Below are positions 52,043 to 62,617 of a stretch of DNA of 64,000 nucleotides, in pieces (the first letter of the stretch is position 1; every line of letters begins with the position of its first letter). The position numbers and the translations under genes were made by a program. Source of the stretch: Nemertoderma westbladi (taxonomy: Eukaryota; Animalia; Xenacoelomorpha); NCBI GenBank assembly GCA_032718475.1, contig JAUCBJ010001720.1, positions 62,001 through 126,000 on the forward strand, read 5' to 3'. Under the pieces are notes generated by a model. The model saw nothing but the letters and a program-made list of their open reading frames with translations, was not told where the DNA came from and did not search any database.

Positions 52043-53013
52043 CGATTATATACCAGGTAGATATTATATAAATTATTTATTCCCAACGATGTATTGTATA
52101 CAGAATTGGATTAGTGTTTATGCTTGCCAATTAATATAATAATTATAATCGTAAATCCATAACCCATCCCTGGTACTGTGTAATGCTAATATAATTATAG
52201 CTTGTAACCTTTACTTCCCTAACTATATGATCATTGAATGCCCAGAGAGTCATTTCATATTTAATTAACCTTTATACTAGGTCTGACACTAGGCTCATTC
52301 GAATGTACATCATACATAGCATTGCATAATTACATCACCTCCTCAGTGGCATCTAGTGAAAGCATCTCTATTCCTGGTATAATCAAATAATGTGATAATG
52401 AGCCATTTACCGATCAACCTCTAAGAAGTAATGACCAGACCTTGCTTAACAAACTTAAAATACAAGCTTGCCAGTGAGAGCTGCAATAATGGAGGGATCC
52501 ATTGCTATCAAAATTGCTGTAATAAATTACGCGCCTATGTAGGGGAGCCTAAAAACTAAACCGAAACATTGGGAAAAGTACCATCTGTACAATATACAAA
52601 ACAATAACAATACAATATCTTATATTGAATGTTAAAAAATCACGGTTTGTAGGAAATGTATCTTCTCCTACAATTCTAAACGAAATAAAGGACATTTTTG
52701 CATAAAGCATGTCCAATAGGTGCTCCCTATGGGGTGTCAACAGAATTTTAATTGAGTGAATTCTACGATTATGATATGTCATTCTAGAATTAATTTTACT
52801 GTTCCTTGGCAACCAACAGGTCCCTCACAACCAAAACCTTGCATTCACAACTAGGTCCGAAAATGAACCTATCATCAAAGTTTCATCCAATTACATCAAA
52901 CAGTTGTGTGTACAAACAAACACACAATCACGTGTGCGAAATAAGGTCATCCAATCTGGGATCCGTCCAACATCCAATCTTGGATCCGTCCAATTACATC
53001 ATACGTAACGTAC

Positions 53014-55479
53014 TTATGCTATTGTAGGTAATACACTAAACAGACAATGAAAAACAACTGTTATTTGCCTCAACGTGGTTCTGAAACTAACCATGATAGA
53101 TGGATTAGTAACTGTGGTGTCATAATCTTTGAATACGCTATCAGGTTCTTTATTGTCCCCTTTTTTACCGGTTTCCGTTTCAATTACAGGCCACGTACAG
53201 CCACTCGAATATGCTCTCCGTTGTAACGACAATTTATGCGAAAGAATATCTTTCGATAACAATAATGAAATTGATACCGGTAACTGCATACACTGAGAAA
53301 AGCAGCTATTTTCGAAATTTATCAGTTTTGTTTGCTGTTCATTAACGAGTTTGACGTATAGCTCTTTCTTCTCATGCCATATTTCCCACTCAGGCCAGAT
53401 ACATTCACACTTGTCGGCTCTCATTATTAATTGTGAACATTTATCTTCAGTTAGATGTAGGAGGGGTGGCTTAACAAAATTCACAATATACTTCCTTTTA
53501 GGTATAGGCTCACCAAAGGGTTCCAGTGTATTAATTTTCTGGTCTGCGCCTGAAATAAGACCATCCAATTTCAATTTCACATTGCTATCTATATCTGGAC
53601 AATCAACTTCAGTGATGAGTTTACTCATCCCTGCTGGTTCATGTTTAATGGATTTGCCATTTTGTGTTTGAGTATCTTTATTACCATTCGGCGTACTCTC
53701 TATGACCGACGACGCGCAATACTCAAGTTTATTCGAATTCAATTGTGACTGGTAACACGATATTTGACTCCTATAAATATCCTTAGATTCCTTGGAAAAT
53801 AGAGACAGGTTTCCCTCAAAATGCAAAGCGATGGACTTATCCTTAAAGGTTAAAGACTTATTATTCTTCAATTGATGAACAGTTTCCATGTATTTAGTAT
53901 GTGTTCTAACATAATGTATATTTTCCTTTGCATTGTTGTGACTATGTGAGGTACTTTCGGAAGAGTGTGACACAATCTGCGCCCTCCAGTGTATATTTTC
54001 CTTTGCATTGTTGCGGCTATGTGAGGTACTTTCGGAAGAGTGTGACACAATCTGCGCCCTCCAGTGTATATTTTCCTTTGCATTGTTGCGGCTATGTGAG
54101 GTACTTTCGGAAGAGTGTGACACAATCTGCGCCCTCCAGTGTATATTTTCCTTTGCATTGTTGCGGCTATGTGAGGTACTTTCGGAAGAGTGTGACACAA
54201 TCTGCGCCCTCCAGTGTATATTTTCCTTTGCATTGTTGCGGCTATGTGAGGTACTTTCGGAAGAGTGTGACACAATCTGCGCCCTCCAGTGTATATTTTC
54301 CTTTGCATTGTTGCGGCTATGTGAGGTACTTTCGGAAGAGTGTGACACAATCTGCGCCCTCCAGTGTATATTTTCCTTTGCATTGTTGCGGCTATGTGAG
54401 GTACTTTCGGAAGAGTGTGACACAATCTGCGCCCTCCAGTTGTGGTTGGCATCCTCCACTTTTCCCTGGACAATATCATAGGGAATTCGCGCTAATCCCA
54501 GTTTCTGGACTTTAAATTTCAACTGGTAATTAGTCATCAGACACTGATAGCGATGTTTAGAATCCTTAGAAAACATAGAGTCGTTTCCTTCACTTTGCTC
54601 GGTGATGCACTTCGGGTTGAGTTGTGCAACGGCTCCCAGAAATCTACGCCGCGCCTCCACTGTATTAAAATATTTAGTTTTATTGAAAGTGGCATCGTTG
54701 TTGGAAATAACAGAATCAGCACTAAGTTTAATTACTTTATTTTGATTGGTTGATTTGGGTTGGTCTGAAGTTAAGCTGGTACCATTTTGTGTCGATGTAA
54801 CTTTTTGCTGAGATATAAGTTCTGGTTGCGATGTTGTAACCTTTTGCTGTGATGTAACTGTTGGTTGCGATGTAACTTTTGGTTGCGATGTAACCTTTTG
54901 TTGCGATGTAACTTTTGGTTGCGATATTGTAACCTTTTGCTGCGGTGTAACCTTTTGTTGCGATGTAACTTTTTGTTGCGATGTAACTTTTTGTTGCGGT
55001 GTAACGTTTTGTTGCGGTGTAACTTTTTGTTGCGGTGTAACGTTTTGTTGCGGTGTAACGTTTTGTTGCGATGTTGTAACCTTTTGCTGCGATGCAACTT
55101 TTGGTTGAGATGTAACTTTTTGCTGGGGTGTAACGTTTTGTTGCGGTGTAAATTTTCGTTGCGCTGTAACTTTTTGCCGGGATGTAACTTTTTGTTGGGA
55201 CGTTACCTTTTGTTGCGATTTCTGTTTTCTCTTATGGTTTTCTTGCTCTTCCAATTGCTTCAACTTTTTCGCAGTTTCCATTCCAACACCGGCCCTGTTA
55301 TGTTTCACGGTTATATGTATCGGCAAAGAAACAGAAGAGTTGTAGAGACCAATACCAGAACCAGAGTTATAACCCATTTTTGTTAACATTTGAAAGCCAA
55401 TATTACTTTCTCCAATTTCTGTTTTAAGTCCAGTCTCTCGTAAAGTAGCTTCCATACTTTTCTTCTTTTTCTTTCCCAT
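53014..55479 (-). CDS. G-patch domain protein (GPATCH11-like N-terminus plus repeats); possibly the first coding exon (55479-53092) of the Tudor gene
   Basis: IGESNIGFQMLTKMGYNSGSGIG......PIHITVKHNRAGVG fits the G-patch consensus, with GPATCH11-like flanks; 821-codon ORF; in-frame ATG|GTTAGT donor at 53092. Confidence 0.8.
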   Translation of the reverse strand: MGKKKKKSMEATLRETGLKTEIGESNIGFQMLTKMGYNSGSGIGLYNSSVSLPIHITVKHNRAGVGMETAKKLKQLEEQENHKRKQKSQQKVTSQQKVTSRQKVTAQRKFTPQQNVTPQQKVTSQPKVASQQKVTTSQQNVTPQQNVTPQQKVTPQQNVTPQQKVTSQQKVTSQQKVTPQQKVTISQPKVTSQQKVTSQPKVTSQPTVTSQQKVTTSQPELISQQKVTSTQNGTSLTSDQPKSTNQNKVIKLSADSVISNNDATFNKTKYFNTVEARRRFLGAVAQLNPKCITEQSEGNDSMFSKDSKHRYQCLMTNYQLKFKVQKLGLARIPYDIVQGKVEDANHNWRAQIVSHSSESTSHSRNNAKENIHWRAQIVSHSSESTSHSRNNAKENIHWRAQIVSHSSESTSHSRNNAKENIHWRAQIVSHSSESTSHSRNNAKENIHWRAQIVSHSSESTSHSRNNAKENIHWRAQIVSHSSESTSHSRNNAKENIHWRAQIVSHSSESTSHSHNNAKENIHYVRTHTKYMETVHQLKNNKSLTFKDKSIALHFEGNLSLFSKESKDIYRSQISCYQSQLNSNKLEYCASSVIESTPNGNKDTQTQNGKSIKHEPAGMSKLITEVDCPDIDSNVKLKLDGLISGADQKINTLEPFGEPIPKRKYIVNFVKPPLLHLTEDKCSQLIMRADKCECIWPEWEIWHEKKELYVKLVNEQQTKLINFENSCFSQCMQLPVSISLLLSKDILSHKLSLQRRAYSSGCTWPVIETETGKKGDNKEPDSVFKDYDTTVTNPSIMVSFRTTLRQITVVFHCLFSVLPTIA
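53913..54440 (-). repeat. Coding 75-bp tandem repeat (HWRAQIVSHSSESTSHSRNNAKENI, 7 copies)
   Basis: Near-identical 75-bp units. Confidence 0.95.
54790..55220 (-). repeat. Coding 18/21-bp repeat ((S/P)QQ(K/N)VT)n
   Basis: About 23 degenerate hexapeptide units. Confidence 0.9.
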
Positions 55480-56127
55480 GTTTTTGGTTAAGTTCTAGGA
55501 CATATTCTATAAACTACATGCATTAATCACCACGCACCCGGACCCACAAGGAACTATCTTTCTATATACATATTAACTACAATATCGGTAAGTAAGATAG
55601 AAAGGCCTATGTGATAATAAAGCTAAACATTGTTTTGTGATAATAGGTTTTAAAAAAACGATATCAGAAGATGAGATCGTAGTAACACGCCAGCTCGGAA
55701 GTGTGAATGATACAAATGTTCATTAGGCATTCATGTTTTTTATGAGATATCATACACTAATACACTGCAGTACTTACTACAATCACTTATGCTGCTTCTA
55801 TTACAACAATCTGTGCACTGACTACTGGATAATAATAACTGAATAACAGGGACAGAATACCGTCTGTTCATCATACGTACTACTATATAATACATAATAA
55901 TACCTGGAACAACTAACATAACAATGGAAAAAAGATGGTAACCTCATTACAGCCTAACGATCAGCTGTTCCTGATACATTTAAATTAGCAGCTGATTACT
56001 GAAACCTGATGGATGTGTACGTAGGCCATGGATGTACAGTAATTAATTGTTGTAACTATCAGTCATAGGCCTACCGGCTGACCGGTTTACGGTCCAACGA
56101 TTACATTTTATAAGGCTGTATGTAGAC

Positions 56128-57351
56128 GGGTGTTTGAAAAAGGTGGACTGGACACAGAAAACATGGACAACGGACAGACCAATCAGAAACGTATTATGCA
56201 AAGCAGTTTGTAGCAATTGGTCTGTCCACCTTTTTCAAGTTTCGCTTTCTTAGTTACATAATTGGGAATAAGATGTGTGTTTGAAAAAGGTGGACTGGAC
56301 ACATGCACAAAAAACAGATAATAGTCTGACCAATCAGAAACGTATTAAAGCAATGCTATTTATTAGTGATTGGACTGTCCACCTTTTTCATGTTTCAATT
56401 ATCTATCTATAATGGGCATGCTGGAAGGGGTGCTGGTTACCTCGCCGCACTGCCACTTCGCCGCCCCTGTGAATGCCATTTCGCCGCAAATTTTTGGACA
56501 CCTCGCCGCAAGTCAATATTAATCATTTATTTATATATTTACAGGGAAGCCTACTAAGCCTAGTTATGGAATTGGACATTATTATAAGAAGAAATAAAAT
56601 AATACGGTAAGGTGTGTTGTTAAGTGGTAATAACCTTAAAGTCCTGATGCTCTAATCTGAGAAATTTTGTGGAATTTAGGATCCAAAATATTTAAGTGGT
56701 TTAAATATTTAAGGGGTTACAATTCGTTACATGACAGTTTTAATTACGGTTTTGGGCCTCCATTTCCACTTTGAATTAGGGTTTCGGACCGCCACTCCCA
56801 AAATATGGGGACTTATTTACCTCCCTCGCTGCGCTCGCTCGTTTAATAACAGATCTCGGGATGAACGGTAAATAAAGTATATTATATTTCCCTCATAGCA
56901 GCACGGTACAATAGGTAGTTATTATAATTAACTTTATACTGTAATGAGTTAGAATATATTGACGTTCAAATATTGATGCTAAGGCTGTAAGGCTCAGCTC
57001 ACAGACTTCGCGTGGCTCGCTCCATATTATTGAACTAGGCCTATTTCGACAACTTCGGTTAGGCTGGTTGGTCACAGCCACAGTAAGTATGGGATAATAA
57101 TAACATTAATAATCCATAAAAACCTTCTGAATTTTTTTGAAAAACGTGGACAGAGCTGCTATAATGTGCAAATCAATCTGATTGGTCAATTCATTGCCTG
57201 TTCTTTCTCAAACCAGTCCACCTTATTCAAATTTGAAAAAGGTGGATAACAAAGCTGAAAAAGGTGGACATGCTGTGTGACGCAAATCGCCCGTGATTGG
57301 TCTGTCCATTGTCCATGTATTCTGTGTCCAGTCCACCTTTTTCAAACACCC
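56128..57351. mobile_element. Non-autonomous Mutator-like (MULE) DNA transposon
   Basis: ~57-bp TIRs starting GGGTGTTTGAAAAAGGTGGACTGGACACAGAA; 10-bp direct repeat GTATGTAGAC at 56118-56127 and 57352-57361 (or 8 bp if the TIRs are extended by 1 bp); AAAAAGGTGGA subrepeats; no transposase. Confidence 0.88.
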
Positions 57352-57817
57352 GTATGTAGACCGCAGGGTGTCCCAACGTTTAGTAGAGTAGGCCATGGAA
57401 GATTGATATTGGTAAGTAAAGTTAATTCTATAACACTTTCGCTTTCAGAGGGGGAGGGGGTGTAGTGGTGGTTGGAAGTCAACAATATCTTCAAAAAAAA
57501 ATTTCGGCCCATTTTTTAGAAATTCCTAGTCGCTGATTTTATTTCTGAGGCCAGTACATGAGGGTGATGTTCCCTTAAGGCTAATTGACTGTCATTATGG
57601 ATGGGTAGCTTACGGCCAATGCAAAGAAAGCACCAGGGCTACTGATAGATTAGCTGTACTTATTATACCAGTGGAAGAAAGAATAACAGATTACTGGCCA
57701 ATAATGTGAGTTAATATACTGTATTAACTGTTTGGGGATGAATGTTACAATTAATAATTCATTCAAGATAAATATTGGTTTGATTGTATAATGTTAAGTA
57801 TGCCAGTGAAAACAAAT

Positions 57818-58066
57818 ATTCCAGAATATGTATTTATTTAACATGGGGTGTTGTTAACCATTCCAGAATATGTATTTATTTAACATGGGGTGTAGTTAAC
57901 CATTCCAGAATATGTATTTATTTAACATGGGGTGTTGTTAACAATTCCAGAATATGTATTTATTTAACATGGGGTATAGTTAATCATTCCTGAATATGTA
58001 TTTATTTAACATGCGGTAATTAACTATTCCAGAATATGTATTTATTTAACATGGGGTGTAGTTAAC
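57818..58066. repeat. 42-bp minisatellite, ~6 copies
   Basis: Unit TTCCAGAATATGTATTTATTTAACATGGGGTG(T/A)GTTAACCA-like. Confidence 0.9.
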
Positions 58067-58074
58067 CGGTAACG

Positions 58075-58735
58075 GTGAAAAATATCGAGACTGGAAAAAT
58101 ATCGAGAGTAAAAATAACGAGAGTAAAAATAACGAGTGTTGAAAATTAACGTGATTAAAAAATATCGAGAGCAAAAATAACGCGAGATGAAAAATATCGA
58201 AAATAACGAGTGTTGAAAAATATCGAGTTTTGAAAAATATCGAAAGTAAAAATATCGAGTGTTGAAGAAAAATATCGAGAGTAAAAATATTGAGTGTTGA
58301 AAAATATCGAGAGTAAAAATATCGAATGTTGAAAAATATCGAGTGTTAAAAAATATCGAGTGTTGAAAAATATCGAGAGTAAAAATATCGAGTGTTGAAA
58401 AATATCGAGAGTAAAAATATCGAGTGTTGGAAAATATCGAGTGTTGAAAAATGTCGAGTGTTGAAAAATATCGAGAGTAAAAATATGAGTGTTGAAAAAT
58501 ATCGAGAGTAAAAATATCGGGAGTAAAAATATCGAGAGTAAAAATATCGAGTGTTGAAAAATATCGAGAGTAAAAATATGAGTGTTGAAAAATATCGAGA
58601 GTAAAAATATCGGGAGTAAAAATATCGAGAGTAAAAATATCGAGTGTTGAAAAATATCGAGAGTAAAAATATCAAGAGTATAAATATCGTGAGTAAAAAT
58701 ATCGAGTGTTGAAAAATATCAAGAATAAAAATATT
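58075..58735. repeat. AAAAATATCGAG-core tandem array (15/17-bp units)
   Basis: Alternating AAAAATATCGAGAGT and GAAAAATATCGAGTGTT units. Confidence 0.9.
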
Positions 58736-60302
58736 GCATTTTGCGTGAGCATTTTACATGTGAAGAATACCAGGTTTTCAGTTTTCGGTCGAAATTCTAC
58801 TGGTATTTTATATATGAATAATTTGTATTTTTCCAAATTTATCCTTATAGCGCTAATTTATGTCTTATAGTTATAATCTGTATAGATATTTATTCGTTTA
58901 TTGTTTTGGTTAGGATAAGCCCTGGTTTTCCTGTGGTTTTAGTAAAACCTGGTATTCTTCACATAGGAGTAAAGTGAAATATAACAGCAGAAAGTCTGGT
59001 ATACTTCACATAGGCCACAATTTTTATAAAAATTGCCATTTATCTCCAATTGGCCCACCAGTAGAATTTCTTAAAATATGCCTTGCATAATGCATATTGA
59101 TGTAAGGAGCTAAAATTGTTAGAACCAAAAATATAATTTATCCGTTACAAAGGAAATAACAAGCACAATAACTCCATGGAATCCCATGCGTTTCACACGT
59201 ATTTAACTTTATTATTTTATTAACTTAACGTTTATTGCTGTGGTTCCTTCAATCCGCCTCTGCTACGACCTCATTTAAGGGACATTACAAATACAATTAG
59301 TATTTGTGTTGTTTGTAGACAAGTCAAATCTACCTTACGGTACTTTGGTCCGGGGGGGGGGGGGGGGGGGGGGGTAGCGTGTGGCAGTGTGGTGGGGACT
59401 GGGAGTGGTTCTATTCTATCAATTATTTATTAGCAAAGTTTGTTTTTTGTGAGGGATAGAAGATTCCCTCGTGTCTAACGAGGTGATTATCAGATGCATT
59501 TAACGAAATAAAATAGGATCTAAGTTCGCCGATTTAGGACCTAAGTTAAGTTCCATAGGATCTAAATCCACAAAAATCTGGCCTTCAAGGATCTAAGTTC
59601 GTCGTATTAGCACTGTCCACTGTATTAAATTACCGGTACGCATTACAGCCTACAGGGTAGTACAGTAGGCCTACTACAGTACTAATAGCTATATGCAGAA
59701 ATTCAACATTACCGTACAGCCTGACAGCCGTACTGCTGTACTGTGTGTGCAGTTCCGGTATCAGTATTATCGGCTCACGTAGGGTTAGGTTTACAGGATT
59801 ATATAACCAGCTTGAATTTAAAAGTAGCTTATCAGCATTCAGCATAGCCTTCCTTACTGCTGTACTGCCTTATCTCTTTGTAGTTGGCTGGTTGCAGGGT
59901 TGGGGGTGAACGGTGTACTGGTGTAGTACCACTGTACCGGCAGACCGGTTATTATAAGGCAGTAAGGTTAATAACAGTAGAAGTTATAACTCCTGAAGAG
60001 AAATTAAGGGAAATCCAAATCGTAGTACCGTAGGCTGGTAGGCTACCGACGTGCGACGTATAGCCTGCAGCAGCACAGGTGACAGGCCTGATACAGTGAT
60101 AGCCTCTGAGCCTGCTTTGTTATTATAATTACAGTACAGCAGTAGGCCTACAACAGTATTACATTATTACTGTATTACAGTATTTTTACTGTAGCGAACA
60201 GTTGACACTGCACACTGTCAGACAGTTACAGGTTAATAGCATTTCAGACAGTTACAGGTTAATAGCATTACTAAGCCTAACAGCCTAACTACTGAACTAA
60301 TA

Positions 60303-60626
60303 ATGACGAGTAAACGACGGAATAACGGGCGGTCGAAGAAAGGCAGAGGTCACGTGAATCCGGTGCGGTGTACGAACTGCGCGCGGTGTGTCCCAAAGGA
60401 TAAAGCGATAACCAAATTCGTAATTCGAAACATAGTAGAGGCGGCGGCAGTACGAGACATTGCCGAGGCGAGTGTGTACGACACCTACGCGCTTCCCAAA
60501 CTCTACCACAAGCTCATGTACTGCGTCAGCTGCGCCATCCATAGCAAGGTGGTTAGGAACAGATCGAGACAGATGCGCAAGGACAGAACACCTCCGCCAA
60601 GGTTTATACCACAGAGGCGGAATTAG
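60303..60626 (+). CDS. RPS26: 40S ribosomal protein S26 (eS26), intronless, 107 aa
   Basis: [73 protein letters not shown]; ORF intact. Confidence 0.96.
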   Translation: MTSKRRNNGRSKKGRGHVNPVRCTNCARCVPKDKAITKFVIRNIVEAAAVRDIAEASVYDTYALPKLYHKLMYCVSCAIHSKVVRNRSRQMRKDRTPPPRFIPQRRN

Positions 60627-60930
60627 GGAGAGAAGAGTTTATACGACTAAACTGGCAACTGGATGAATGCATGATGGAATTCTGTTTAAATAACTGTCTT
60701 TAAGGATTAATAATAGCCATTTGTGTTGTATTCAGTTGTGCACATCTAATGTCTGAATATGGTGTGAATACGTTCACAATTCATATTATTAGTAGCCTAT
60801 TAAACTGTTAAACATTATATTGAAAGGAATATAACAGCTAAGAGGTAATTAATTAATTAATTTCGCATTGAGTCACGATGCTAAACTGTCACCAGGCTGA
60901 CCTTGGTGACAGTTTAGAATACAACTATAC

Positions 60931-62617
60931 TAGGGATGTCCCGGAATTCCGTTCCGGCCGGAATTCCGGCGGTTTTTGCCCGATTCCGGTTCCGGCCGGA
61001 ATTGCCGGAATGGGGTCAATTCCGGCCGGAATTTTACCGGAATTACCAGTTCCCTAAGTAGTTTGATAGTTGCCAATTAGTTTGTTAAATTATTATCAAA
61101 ATTTATATATTTTTTTAACATATAATATTACAAACTATTGTTTAAGATGCAGTACTTGTTAACACTACTTGTACAAAAAGTAAAGAATTAAAGTTTTCTT
61201 CGGCCGTTAGCTTAGAGCTACCATTTAAGGATGCAAGGCGGAGATAGAGATACCCCATTCTAGCCACTTCAAATCATTCGTACCGAAAATAAAACTGCCG
61301 TGGCCCATGCGAGGTTAGAACCCACAATCTCCAGAGAGATGGGAATTCAATGCAACCAAGGTGGAACCTAATGAACCTGTAACGAGGGACAATTTACTGC
61401 CACCCCCTTTTTTAAGTCAATTTAGTCTTGATGGCTATGCATCACATTTCCAAAAAAGTCAAAATTACACCTCCCTTGCCCCACTGGTAACAAATAAGTC
61501 AAAAGTCATTTGTTAAAAAATATAAGATGAGTCTCGCATTTACAAAATATTTCTATATACCCAAAGGTATAAATCCAGGCTTTCAGCATGCCATTAAGTT
61601 ATGAATCGTTTGTCAAAAAAAGATGGAACATGGGACATAATCACTTTCGCTCATAAGTCGTTACTTACGATTTACCAGTGGAGTAGAGACGTTCCCATTG
61701 GAACCAATGTGTTGGTGTTCCATAATATAGTTCGACTTACGAGATAAGACTTACCAGTGATCAGTGAAACATGGGCCTTAACGAGTGGTTTTACAATTTG
61801 CTTATAATATAACGTTTTTTAGATTGAATTACATTATTATGCATTTATTTTACATTATTTTACTTTGATATAATTATTAAATAATATGATAATATTAATA
61901 TTGGTATTGTCCAACATAACATATAGGATTACCCCTACAGCTTTCAGCTTATTTCCAAGGGGGTCCTTTATGTAACTTGGTACAAATACAATATTACACA
62001 AATACACTAGGCTAACCTAAAACTAATATAAAACGTTATTACTCTACGTACAGGTCCTGCGTCTTTAGGTCCTGCAAGTGTGGTCGTTAAGTCATTCGTC
62101 AATATTCCCTGCGTCGTAGCTGCTGCATATAATACAGTATGTTTATTTATATTTACAGCAAAGCTATTTATTCCCAGCAAAATTAAACTGTAAGATATAC
62201 TATTAACTCTCGTTTATTGTTCTGATTCGAATAACATGTCACTGTAACATGTTCCTTTGCCTTAACGACACCAGGATATTGCACTAAACGAAACCAGGAA
62301 ATCCGAAACCGCTGGTCAAAGTAGGTTTTAGGTATGAGCCTAAAAACCTAACTTTTGGCCAAGGATATAGGTTTTTGAAAAAACAATGAAATTTAATTCC
62401 CTGTCGTATAAGGCCGAAGTACCCCCCTCCCGTCGCCATAATAGGCCGTAATGTGCCAAAATTCATTTATTTCACAAAAAATTATAAGGTTTAATGGGTC
62501 ATTTAGTGTACTTCACTAATTTATACAAAATTCCGGTTCCGGCCGGAATATTCCGGCATGTTGAATTCCGGTTCCGGTTCCGGCCGGAATCAAAATATCG
62601 ATTCCGGGACATCCCTA
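60931..62617 (+). mobile_element. Complete non-autonomous hAT-like DNA transposon (1687 bp)
   Basis: TIRs TAGGGATGTCCCGGAAT / ATTCCGGGACATCCCTA; 8-bp TSD AACTATAC at 60923-60930 and 62618-62625; CCGGAA subterminal repeats at both ends. Confidence 0.93.
61903..62045 (-). mobile_element. 3'UTR fragment of the same CR1/L2-type LINE as 13690-14438, nested in the hAT
   Basis: Reverse complement of ~14230-14362 (AAAGGACCCCCTTGGAAATAAGCTG...TAATCCTATATGTTATGTTGGACAATACC). Confidence 0.85.

Noticed and set aside
38664-52139. Many ORFs (MTVCTLT, SEYILSL, VRVHTVI, DNDSMYS, CQSTYCH repeats)
   Set aside because: Artefact of a 21-bp unit that is stop-free in five of six frames; the 4-bp insertions shift frames freely.
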